A stretch of 62,616 bases of DNA, filler included, from Circinaria calcarea (lineage: Eukaryota), in NCBI GenBank assembly GCA_051942165.1. It is 5 parts of 5 records of this genome, joined end to end, with 100 filler letters (N's around TTAATTAATTAA, not from the genome) between each part and the next. Parts side by side here need not be neighbours in the genome. Positions count along the whole stretch, not along the records: positions 50,203 to 62,616 come from JAVECS010000569.1; 4 more parts are not named here. One strand, written 5' to 3'. Position 1 is the stretch's first letter. Every line of letters starts with the position of its first letter. This document shows positions 52,505 through 62,616 of this stretch, one piece after another. The position numbers and the translations under genes are program-made. The notes under the pieces were generated by a model, which saw only the letters and a list, made by a program, of their open reading frames with translations, searched no databases and had not been told where the DNA came from.

Positions 52505-53108
52505 GGCTATTTCCAAGGTTACTTGGGACATTTAGATTGGCGTATTGTGTGGCCATTACGACTATTCCTTTGTTCTTGCCTTGACAATACCAAGTATGGG
52601 ATTCAGGGGTGAACACAGCAGACAAAAGTAACTATCAGTTGCTAGATGGTGGCGAAACCTGAGCATGGACAATACTCTGTATCCGATGGGGGTGATATTT
52701 GTGGACTGGCTCTTGGGAGGCTGTCATGAAAGCAGGAGCTTCAAAAGCAAGACCTCGTCACTTTACTCTGAGCTCTACGCATCATTGCTTCAAGGCATCG
52801 TCTGCATTCCGAATCAAAATTTACCAAAGGTCCAGCATCTGATTTTCAAACTGATTTTCACTCTCACCATAAACAATTGCATTTCAGGAGTGAAAGTAGA
52901 ACAAACGATCTCATCTGCCACAATAAACTTCTTGACTAGCTATTCATTTTGTATGGCCAGCAAAGTTACAATGTTTTGACATGGAGGTTCCACGGAATTG
53001 CCCCAGAATTCACCCGGTCAATCATCGGCAAAAGGCGCGTCACCAGCGTAGCGTTCCAGAATCTGTAAAGAACACCGTTTCCTGCATAAAGGGGCTTTAA
53101 CTAGAATT

Positions 53109-53868
53109 ATGGCATCAAGGTAAGCAATTTTGGCACGGCGGTGGTCTACGTATACATGGCTTACATGTATATATTGCACGACTTGCAGATTTGGCCCATC
53201 CGCCCTCCATCAACGAGATCCCCGTTCCGCCCTTTTCGAGAATTACACCGGCGACCGGAATAGTCGTCCAAACAGTCAATCGCCAGCGCGATTAACCGGA
53301 GGGTATGGCTACAATGGCGCAAGTGGGAGTGGCGGCGTGAATGGGGGTTTTAGACCGGCGACGCCGAATAGGAAGTCAGTCTCTCGAAACAAATGCTACG
53401 GTTATGGATTTAAAGGATGGCGCCAGAGATGCGGTTAGCTTTATTCAATGGGCTATGCTGATGAACAGAGGAACGTAGAGGTCAATACAGCGATGCCGTG
53501 CTCTCCGAACTCGAGAACCAGAATGAAAACGAGGTGGAAGGGATGAGTGCAAAAGTCAAACAGCTGAAAGATGTCCGTTGAACCCTCCAAACCTTTGTAT
53601 CACTTCCGCCCCCAGACTCCAACGGAGTCAAGAAACTTCACTGACCCCCTGCCTCACATAGCTCACCCTCGCCATCGGGGACGAAATTCGGGATTCCTCC
53701 AAACTCGCAGAACGAATGAATGACTCCTTTGATAACACGAGGGTACGGTTACGAGGGACGATGAACCGGATGCTACGGATGGCCGAGCGGACGGGCGTGG
53801 GGTGGAGGGTTTGGCTAGGGTTCTTCGCTGCCGTTATAGTGTTGTTCTGGTATGTTTGGCTGTTTTGA
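53109..53868 (+). CDS. BET1: ER-Golgi Qc-SNARE (Bet1/Sft1 family)
   Basis: Four exons; MASRFGPSALHQRDPRSALF, LSELENQNE..GMSAKVKQLK, LTLAIGDEIRDS, C-terminal TM GWRVWLGFFAAVIVLFWYVWLF. Confidence 0.88.
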
Positions 53869-54672
53869 TGGTTGAGCGGTTGGGAAAAATTACGGGATTT
53901 TCTGGCATACTACGGCTTGTATTAGGGTTGGGATGGTATTATGGTATGTATCCAAATGCATGAAGGGTATGGGAGTTGAGGTGTTTTGGCGAAAGACATC
54001 AATTTGTCTATGGGCAGGGGGTGAGAGGTTCAACTGTGTCAAAGGGCTGGGGCCTTGGTTGAGGCTCTGGCCTCCTATCTCACTGATGATCCGACTTGAG
54101 TCCAAGCCTCGAAGGCTGCGTGCTCCGTGTTGGGTTGTTAGGCACCCCCGGAAGGCGGAACGTTCTTGGTCCTCACCAAGGTTGGCAGCTTCTCGTTAGG
54201 TAGCAACAATCAAAACACATCGGTACGGAGGTCTTCTCATCAGGTGACCTTCCTATTGCTCGCCATCAGTCGTCCCCCGTCTGTGGTACCTTTTGCAAAA
54301 AGGTAATCTGTAACTCTTGTGTCATCCTAAATTGGGCACATGGTATAAGATGCTGCCGGCAACATCAGGCTTGGAGACCACCATGATCTTGCCATTTCTG
54401 ATAACTTGGCGTCCACAGGTTAATGCTAGGGCTGGGAAGGTCAGGCCGCCCTTTAGGAATTCAGATAATAATTATCTCTAGTTTTCGGACATTATCTTGA
54501 GAGTCTCCTCCATCATATACGAAAGTGATAAATTCGTATATGTAAAATGTAGAAATCCTCCATGCCTGCCAGCTTATTCCATATGCGCGCCCGCTCACTA
54601 ACAGCGCCTTGGCTCCACCACACAAAGCAATGCAGATGTAGTGCCCTCCCTGTAATGCTCCTCTTCTCTCCC

Positions 54673-56313
54673 TTAAGCTCGACAGGATTCCAGTGGGGCG
54701 ATAATACTGTTAACAACAGCGCTTACAAACTCATCCCCATCATCGCTAATTAAAGTGCAGTTCAGACAGGTTTTAACAACATTGCTGTATATTGAACCCA
54801 TCACTGCGCTAAGTTCTTGATCGGCCGCCACGCGGAAGGTTTCCTCGATCAACTGTAGAGAATGAGTTTTATTTGATGGAATAGATTCCCGTAATGGGGT
54901 CCACCATGCAATTTCTAGCAGAATAACACCAAGACTATAGAGATCCAGGAGCTTGGTGAAACCATGTACGACATTGGGATGGTAGTAGTAGTCGAGAGAG
55001 CTCTTGCCATTAGGACGGTGTCCAACCGACTCTCCTTTGGCTTCTCGTGCATACTCGAAGCCCGTAATCCAAGGGTCAGTAATGGAGGGGTAGAGAACCT
55101 TCGGCTTAGCAAGCTCGGCGGGGCCTTGAAAGAACAAGATATTATCGCTGCGGAATGCCTTATGGAGCCATTCAGAGCTGTGCAAGAGTGCAAGCGAAGT
55201 TGCGAGAGTAGCTGCCAATTTAAATTTGTCCTCCAAGGGCGGCTCTTTGCAGTTGATAATGATCTGCATTAGGGTGGTTGGGTCGGCCATTCCGTATTCC
55301 ACGCCTAATGGAGCCTGGTAAACAAAGCCAAAGCGTCTCTTGCCGCGATTCTCCAGAGCGTAATCGTCGTCTGCAACAAGTCCTAAGCATTTCGGAACCC
55401 TCAAATCTGGCATGGTGATGGCAGACAACATCGCGCATAAGGATCGAATCCGAGTCTCAACTAAGGTAGAGACTTGTGAAGGCGCGTCGTCATCATCTAG
55501 TACTCTCCATTCGACCCAGACGCGCTGGACACCAGCTAATACCCCAACTGTCCGACTGGATTTTTTAGCTTTGAACGTGACTTGTGTGCTCTCAAACTGA
55601 TGGACTCCCTGAGATGAACTCGAAGACTGCTGTAGCGCTTTCAATTTTGCTGCATGAGCTACAAGACTGTTCTGCAAGCTGTCTAATGTTTGCAGCTTTC
55701 GCATCGTCTCCGAATCAGGAATCGCTGCCAAAACGTAAGAAGGTAGAGTCTTGGTAAATGAGTCTGAAGCTTGAGCACCCAAGAGTCGTCGTAAATCCCC
55801 ATTGTGGTCTCTAAGCTTTGAGACGATCTCTGCTAACTTTGATTTGTTGTGGGTAACCCATCGAATACGACCCTTCTGCTTCTTCTTCCCATCTTGCCTC
55901 TCAGACAAAGCTTGTATCTCTGCGCTATCATGTCGGAAGTAGTTGCTGTCAATGCTAAGGTCGCCAAAAGTCTGGCCTACGAGGATGTCTTCTCCACCGT
56001 GGAGTGCGAGTAACTTCGCCGCATCTTCATGTAGCTTGTGGATATGACCTAGTATATTTGTTATCGTTTGTTTGGTATTGTCATTTTCGTAATGAAGAAG
56101 GCAGTTTCTAGGATCGGGGTCATCGACTTTGAAATGATCTCCCCAGTTTCTTAGCACATTGCGCTGTATGTGGTAATCAAGAGCGAGATCGTTCAGGCCA
56201 GAGTCTTTTTTCAAAAGTTCTTGAAGAAGGTAATACCCATCCACGGCACCTTTGAACGACAGGAGAATACCTGCCACGCTGAGGCTGGCCCCTACAGGAT
56301 CGGTAGTAACCAT
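54673..56313 (-). CDS. HeLo-domain plus pseudokinase protein (MLKL-like architecture), 546 aa
   Basis: HeLo-type N-terminus DPVGASLSVAGILLSFKGAVDGY..IQRNVLRNWG..RIRWVTHNKSKLAEIVSKLRDHNGDL; kinase fold with VWVEWR, HKAFRSDN, GFEYAR, DLYSLGVILLEI. Confidence 0.85.
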   Translation of the reverse strand: MVTTDPVGASLSVAGILLSFKGAVDGYYLLQELLKKDSGLNDLALDYHIQRNVLRNWGDHFKVDDPDPRNCLLHYENDNTKQTITNILGHIHKLHEDAAKLLALHGGEDILVGQTFGDLSIDSNYFRHDSAEIQALSERQDGKKKQKGRIRWVTHNKSKLAEIVSKLRDHNGDLRRLLGAQASDSFTKTLPSYVLAAIPDSETMRKLQTLDSLQNSLVAHAAKLKALQQSSSSSQGVHQFESTQVTFKAKKSSRTVGVLAGVQRVWVEWRVLDDDDAPSQVSTLVETRIRSLCAMLSAITMPDLRVPKCLGLVADDDYALENRGKRRFGFVYQAPLGVEYGMADPTTLMQIIINCKEPPLEDKFKLAATLATSLALLHSSEWLHKAFRSDNILFFQGPAELAKPKVLYPSITDPWITGFEYAREAKGESVGHRPNGKSSLDYYYHPNVVHGFTKLLDLYSLGVILLEIAWWTPLRESIPSNKTHSLQLIEETFRVAADQELSAVMGSIYSNVVKTCLNCTLISDDGDEFVSAVVNSIIAPLESCRA

Positions 56314-56491
56314 TTCTTTGAAGCTCTACTGCTCTTGGCTAATTGGTAATATTAGAACGAACAGACCCAGAGCTTCTAAAGCGGGGCCAATGTGCAGTGC
56401 ATACCTAGTACGTCAGACACTAGTCGTAGCGTAGCTGAGAACTCATTCTCGTTTGCCGTCATCTTGTACTTCCTATTCCGCAAATCTCCTT

Positions 56492-56651
56492 GCGAATCTG
56501 GTCTGGAATCTACCGTTAAACCTACTTCTACCTTCCTTCTAGTCGCTACGTTCGAGGTTCATGAAAGAGGCGAATCTGATCTGGAATCTATTGTTGAACC
56601 TACTTCTACCTTCCTCCTAGTCGCTACGCTCTGGGTTCATGAAAGAGGCGA
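56492..56651. repeat. Two-copy 78-bp tandem repeat in the divergent intergenic region
   Basis: GCGAATCTG..CCTACTTCTACCTTCC..GTTCATGAAAGAG at 56492 and 56570. Confidence 0.9.
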
Positions 56652-56738
56652 GCTGTTCTTGTTGCTGTATGCGCGATTTAACGGAAAAACATTAACTGTC
56701 CTCTATGATCAGTATCCCTTGTTCCAGAATTGGCAGGA

Positions 56739-59700
56739 ATGGAACCACCTAAGAGGCCTTTCTACACGTCGTTCGATGACCAGCATCAGTTGAGGGAGTC
56801 AGCAAACGATGCCACAGCCCTCGACAGCTTGCAAGGTGAGGTGAGGGAGGTTGGATTCCATACAGCTGCCAACGATGTAGCTTCGACCCTAGAGAAAATC
56901 AATCAAACCTTGAACGTCGACATTCTGCGTATTCTGGAACTCCTCGCAGAATGTGAGGTCGAGTCGATAGATTTGAGCCGCTTGGGCATCGCCTTAGATC
57001 CTCTACCATCATGGGAGACTTTTGAGCCATTCAATCGCAAAGCGTACGAGAGAACGATTGTGGATGTTCTAGGGGCTGGCCACACATGCTATGTTGTCAG
57101 ACATGCCGAATATCGCGATGTGGGCAGATTACCCAAAGGCACTGTGGTGGCAATGAAGACTTTCGTTTCACAAAATCCTTCTCCAGGACAAGATACAAAC
57201 GTCATGGCGAGTCAAACATTGAACGCCATCGAGCAGGAAATCCGAACATACTGCCACCCGGGCTTACGTAATCATCCAAATATATGTCGGCTTGAATATG
57301 TTGCCTGGGAAGCAGAGAATGTCTTTCCAATCCTTGCACTCGAGCTAGCATATCATGGCTCTCTGGAAGACGTCTTGACAGCGTCTGGAACTGGTCCTTC
57401 CTATCAGCAAAGGTGTAATCTTTCCATTGATATTGCATTAGGACTTGCTGCCTTACATGAGTGGGAAATCATCCACGGAGATATTAAACCTGCCAACATT
57501 CTCGTTCAGAAGCATTTAGTTAGAGGTATCGTGGCGAAGATCAGTGACTTTGGTGGAACGATCAACCTCATGATCAGTCCTTCTCGTTTGGGGCCAAGCA
57601 TGGGAACAGACCTTTGGTGGCCGCCAGAGCGAATCTTCAGCGTCCAGGATCTTAATTTTAAGAAAGTGGATGTCTATGCTTATGGTCTAGTCGTTGCAAG
57701 CATATGGTCTCAGCCTAATTTATATTTTGCAGAAGCTGTGCAAAAATCATGCATCCTGGACAGGTTTATATCTACAAAATTCTCCTCCAAAGAGCGACAG
57801 GACCGTCTTCTTTTAATGAAGACGGAATGTGACAGTAGCAGCGACAGCGTTTTAAGCCGATGTTTAATATCGGCGCCACTAATTGGGCGATTGTTGAAAT
57901 CAACACTTTCACGACATCCAAAGGAACGGAAAACAATGGACCGGCTGCTTCAGGATGAGCTTTTATCTATAAGAGATGAGACTAAGCGAAAACCAGAGTG
58001 AGTTAAACTTCAAGTTGCTATATAGAAACATTGTGTAGAATTTATAATAACGTCCTACAGTGCGAGCATAAATCGTTCTACAATCCAACGGGAAATACGT
58101 GAGAAGAACCGATCTAGGAGTTCTAGGTTCTCAGTATTAATCCTAATATACTCTCAAGTTGCGCACCTGCTTATATAACTTCAGGTTTGGTCAGAGGATT
58201 ACAGAACAAGAAGCCGTACTTTCCAAATCTTCGTCTCCCGTAGCATACATAAGGGATTTCGAGAAGCACTTAGCCTACTTGATTTCGCTGTCATAGATAT
58301 TCCAGGCGATAGAGGTCAGCCTTGGCAGGATGTTAATGAGTTTCTCGACGCTGCAAGTGGGTTCCTATCCCTGATCGAGCAAAATATATGGGAAGGACGA
58401 CAAGAACTAAGAAGGACAACCGGAAAATTCGCATTTCATGCTGCGATAAGTTATTTCACAGGTATTGGCGTTCAAATTAAGGAAAGTGAAGCCAAACAAT
58501 GGCTACGAATAGCTGCTCTCGCAGGGAACGTTGCAGGAGTTTTCTTGAGCCCTCTTATTGGCCCTCCTATTTCCAGCTCGAACCAGTCGAACTTTCCCTA
58601 TAGGCTTTTCCTCGTACTAGGAGCTCTTGCTGGGTTGAAAGAAAGCCTAGCTCTGCTGCGTGTCCACTACCCGTCAACGTACCATGCAACGCTACAAACA
58701 CTTCAGTCCAAACGCAGACAAAATTTTCTATTACAGAGGCCATATTCCAGTCATCAAATCCTCTCCAGATTCCGCAATGCGGAAGTGATTAACCTACCAA
58801 CCCTCTCTGTTTGGAGCGCACTGGAGACTCACAATATAGATGCTGCACGCTCGTTGTTGCTCCGCGATGACAGTGACGCCTCTTTAGTGAACGATCATAA
58901 CGTTGGCATTATGCACTATCTATCATTGCTCGAGGATTCAGAAGCTGCCGGACTAGTCGATCTTTGCTATGAGCGTGGAGCATTGCTAGACATACAGGCT
59001 GATTCGCAGGGAATTCATCTGCTTCAACCTATAAGTGGAACACCCCTTGCATGGGCTGTTTCTCAGAATATGGAAAAACTTTGTAAGGCACTTTTGCAAC
59101 TTCACAAACGCCATTGCATCACCATCGTCGACTTCTGGAATATATCTTACAAGGCTGCCAAGATACACAGTCATCGAATGCTAGCTAGTATCTTCGACAC
59201 AGGAAAAGAAGCGCCATGGCTTATCAAACCCCGATTTAACCTCTCCGAGCATACCCAAAAATTTTTCTTGCAGTTTGCACTAGGAAAAGCCATGACGAGT
59301 CACGATGTGGTGATGATTGACCGCCGGATTTTGCATGGCCCAGATTTCAAAAGTGCATATAAACAGACACTCCTTCTTCTGCTCAAAATCAGTGCAGATC
59401 CATTCGATCTCCCTTGCCAGTTAATTCAAGTCCCCAATATTCAACCGCGTTTACCGAGTGCATTAACTCTCTCGTTAGAGCACAATGATGAAGTGTCCAT
59501 GCAAATTTTTGTGGACCATCACAGGCTAAAAAACTTACCTATTAACGTATTCCATCACCTGATTGCTGGTTCTATTCTAAATTCGGCCAGAATGTGTTTT
59601 ACAATTATCGTGGACGCTTTCCCTGATCTCGCAAGCCAAGTTTCTGCTCATTCCTCAACACCAATCCTCTCGCCACTTCGCGCAGCATCATACTCTAAGG

Positions 59701-62318
59701 ATCCTTTCTATGCTAGGATGCTGCTTAACCGTGGGGCGGAGTTTATGACCTCCCTTAGTGATGGCTATACGCCATTAGAGTCTGCCCTAATCGGGGGATA
59801 CATTGAAACTGCCGAAGAGATCTACAATTATTACAGCCATGAGCAACTCAACTTTCTCTGGAAGCCTAATGGCCCGGGCAATACTACTTTGATAGGAAAG
59901 CTTGTGTCCAATTGGGTTAAGCGACGTGACAACTTGGAGATTGTAAAAGCGATAAGATGGGTCGACTCCAAAGGCGGTGCGCATTTCCCTGATGATATAC
60001 ACCAGCCAGCCTGGAATATTATTCTTTTCGAGCTACAACCACCACTAAGGATACATGCCCGTCAAGATATGGTGGTATTAAACGCTCTGTTCGATATATT
60101 TTGGGACAAGCTTGAATTCAGGGATGCAGAAGGGCTAGCTCCCATTCACCGAGCAGTTAAGACTGGGAATCTCGATGCTCTCGAAGCTCTCTTCGACAAA
60201 GGGGTAAATATTAACGTCGAAACTATCTCTCATCAATCTTCTACAAGTGGGAAAACGGCTTTGAACCTCGCGATGAAGTATAAAAGGAATGTTTACATAC
60301 CTTCTGAAGTGAGAAAGGACGGGCCTGTGGCGTTAAAGACATGGTTATTGAAGATGGAAGCAATTATCAGAGCCCTTGTGGGCCGAGACGCTGGCCTAGG
60401 AAGTGGCTCGACGATTAACGAACAACTCGAATATCTGAGTTACAAATCTTGTAATATTTGTAGCATTCGATATGTCGATAATGAAGACGAAGCCGAGCCT
60501 ATCGATAATGACAATCTTTACAAGAGGTTGTGGCCAAAGCCGCTTCCTAAAGATGAAACAAGCCCCTCTGATATTATGATAGGGAAGGCACGAGCAAGAA
60601 TGAATATACAGCTTGAAGATGGAAGAGTCCTAATGCTTGATAGAAGCACGGTTCAGAAATTGCTTGGGCTTTCCTTAAAAAGTCCGGATCTTAATGCAAA
60701 AATGCCTGATGGCTATACAAAATGGCTGTCCCAAAGTGCTCATAATCGTTGTCAGGAGTGGCGATCTCTTTACAGCCGTCGCAGAAAAAGATTTGACTCT
60801 GCATGGTTTATGCCGAAGCAAAACGATACCATGATGACAGATATATTACTTAGTGAATTTGTTCAGCACACGCACGAAACGTATTTAATACTAGATAATA
60901 ACTTCAATAAAGTTATTGAAGTTATTGACCCGCTGTGGTCACAATTCCACAACATTGATACTCAGAGCCGCCATGAAAAATACATTAGAAAATCCCCCAC
61001 AGGTCAAGAAGAGCTGGAGCATGATCCAACACTTTTTTCTCTGCCTAGGTTTAGCAAGGTTAGCTATACCGGCCCAAAATTGTCTGGAAGTATTCATGAT
61101 CAGAATCTGCAACACCTTATAAAGGCACTCGAAGTCGACGCTACATTGGAGACCGGATTCACCAATAACAAGGATACATCAGAACTTATGATCATCAATT
61201 GCAAAAAATCGAACCCTAATGCTGACCTCCTCCTTCAGAACTATCTAGATTATTCAACACAATCTCAAAATCAGGATGAGCTTAAACTCACTCATATCGT
61301 CTTACTAAATGCCGACACGGACAAGAGTGAGACGAGCATACATGAAAATAGGGCAGTACGGGTCGAAAAGGCAATTACGGCCTGTCTTATGCACATTTCT
61401 AAAGACTCAAACGCAGATGATGAGTCGACGCTATACTTCATCGACAGACTATGCGCTCTATACTTAGAGAAGGGTGAAATAGCTTTGTGGGAGAAAATGA
61501 CCCTACGAGCTCTGGAAGGATCCAAGAGGGTGCTGGGACCTGATCATAAAGCGACGCTGGATACTCTCCATGACCTGGGTTGTGTATACTCAACACACAA
61601 GAGGTTTATGGAAGCTGAAAGGATGTTGCTACAGGCCTTAAATGGAAAACAAAGGGTGTTAGGTCCTGTCCATATGTCTACGCTGGAGACAATCTACTGC
61701 TTAGGAGTCGTGTTTGAAGATCAGGGTAGATGGGCAGAGTCAGAGGCGAAATATCTACTGGCTCTAGAGAGATATAGTGATACGCCGGTTCCTGATGATT
61801 CCAAACTCAATATTGCGATAAACAGCCTCAACTCACTTCATGCAAAGATCTTGAAGATTCAACCAACCCTACCTGTCGATCACAGAGTCTACAACATATC
61901 TAAGCTGCTTCGTGGGAAAAGGGGTGGCCTCGAACGAATGTATGGATGCCTTGGCAATCTATTACTGGCAAATGGCGATTCAGAAAATGCAACAACGGCA
62001 TACTATTATCAGTACCTTCACCTTGGTTCAGGTTGGAAGGGCATAATATGTGACGGTTGCCAACGTTCTCTGGCAGCGTATGGCCTACAACGGCTTACTT
62101 GCGAGTTGTGTCGATACATTGATCTGTGCGAGGACTGTTATCCCCGATATGCTACGAAAATTAACAAGCTATCTGATTGCAAGGGCCATTCGTTCCTAGA
62201 TTTACGATTCAATCCCTCTGACAAGGCTTCTGATGAAGTCAAAGAGGAGAAAGAACAATTCTTACAGCGACTTTTAATAAAGTATGCGGTTCATGGAGTT
62301 GACGAGGGTAGCGAGTGA
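56739..62318 (+). CDS. Protein kinase - SEL1-like - ankyrin repeats - TPR - ZZ zinc finger protein, about 1820 aa
   Basis: Kinase LGAGHT, VAMK, EQE, HGDIKPAN, DFG, PPE; intron 57998-58060 and probable 58134-58184; frame open from 58185; SEL1-like AISYFTGIGV..AKQWLRIAALAG; ANK GTPLAWA, GYTPLESA, GLAPIHRA, GKTALNLA; TPR LGPDHKATL, LGPVHMSTL; ZZ CDGC..CELC..LCEDC..H. Confidence 0.8.
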
Positions 62319-62512
62319 AACCCGGCTTTTCGAAATGCGCCGGAAATATGGTAGGCGAATATCGCGATTGGCTGGCATTGAGGCGGTGAAACAACGCAGT
62401 TGAGCGCGCTTCTCGCTCCATATCTCAGCGATTCCCACTTAATGAAGACACAGATTGAATCTTGCGAGGCCGGATCGGGCATAATCGGGTATCGCGTATG
62501 CAAAGTTGAGGT

Positions 62513-62614
62513 TAAGATTATTGGGCATCCCATCCGCTCTACCATACACAAGCTTGAGATCGGCTGATTAGTAGTTGGGTGGGTGACCACCAGCGAATAC
62601 CAGCTGTTGTATGT
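62513..62614 (+). pseudogene. 5S rRNA copy with missing or degenerate 5' end
   Basis: GGGCATCCCATCCGCTCT..GATTAGTAGTTGGGTGGGTGACCACCAGCGAATACCAGCTGTTGTATGT is ascomycete 5S; the expected ACATACGACCATA start is absent. Confidence 0.85.
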
Positions 62615-62616
62615 TT

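Noticed and set aside
50267..53868. ORC5-CHZ1-BET1 tight cluster as part of the kinase system
   Set aside because: Ordinary housekeeping genes; no functional link evident
53870..54670. Left boundary of a Starship (5' part of 5S or captain gene)
   Set aside because: No 5S 5' sequence or tyrosine-recombinase ORF found
56392..56793. 133-aa ORF between the paired genes
   Set aside because: Non-ATG start; mostly translation of the 78-bp repeat
54673..57050. HET-s/RHIM-like amyloid motif linking the two genes
   Set aside because: No Gly/Asn/Gln pseudo-repeat at the HeLo protein C-terminus or kinase N-terminus

Overview
Filamentous ascomycete (Pezizomycotina) genomic DNA; the intron-laden rDNA suggests a lichen-forming Lecanoromycetes-like fungus (inference). 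The window is five unlinked contigs of strictly decreasing size (12471, 12456, 12451, 12424, 12414 bp) joined by 100-bp N44-TTAATTAATTAA-N44 spacers, so nothing can be inferred across gaps. Contig 1: 3' end of a Grainyhead/CP2 transcription factor, a 116-bp hAT-type MITE, a GPI-anchored repeat cell-wall protein. Contig 2: a membrane protein, glucosidase II alpha, a frameshifted gene cut off near a 4.8-kb degenerate TIR element. Contig 3: cystathionine beta-lyase, two pseudogenes, a secreted beta-propeller, a Mutator-type MITE. Contig 4: one collapsed minus-strand rDNA unit with 13 group I introns in 18S (removing them leaves exactly 1800 nt), 5 group I plus 1 spliceosomal intron in 28S; three related introns lack the canonical U.G 5' splice-site pair. 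Contig 5: ORC5, CHZ1, BET1, then the best candidate for a new system: a head-to-head pair of an MLKL-like HeLo-pseudokinase (HKA/GFE motifs) and an apparently active non-RD kinase-SEL1-ankyrin-TPR-ZZ protein, followed by a 5'-degenerate 5S rRNA copy.
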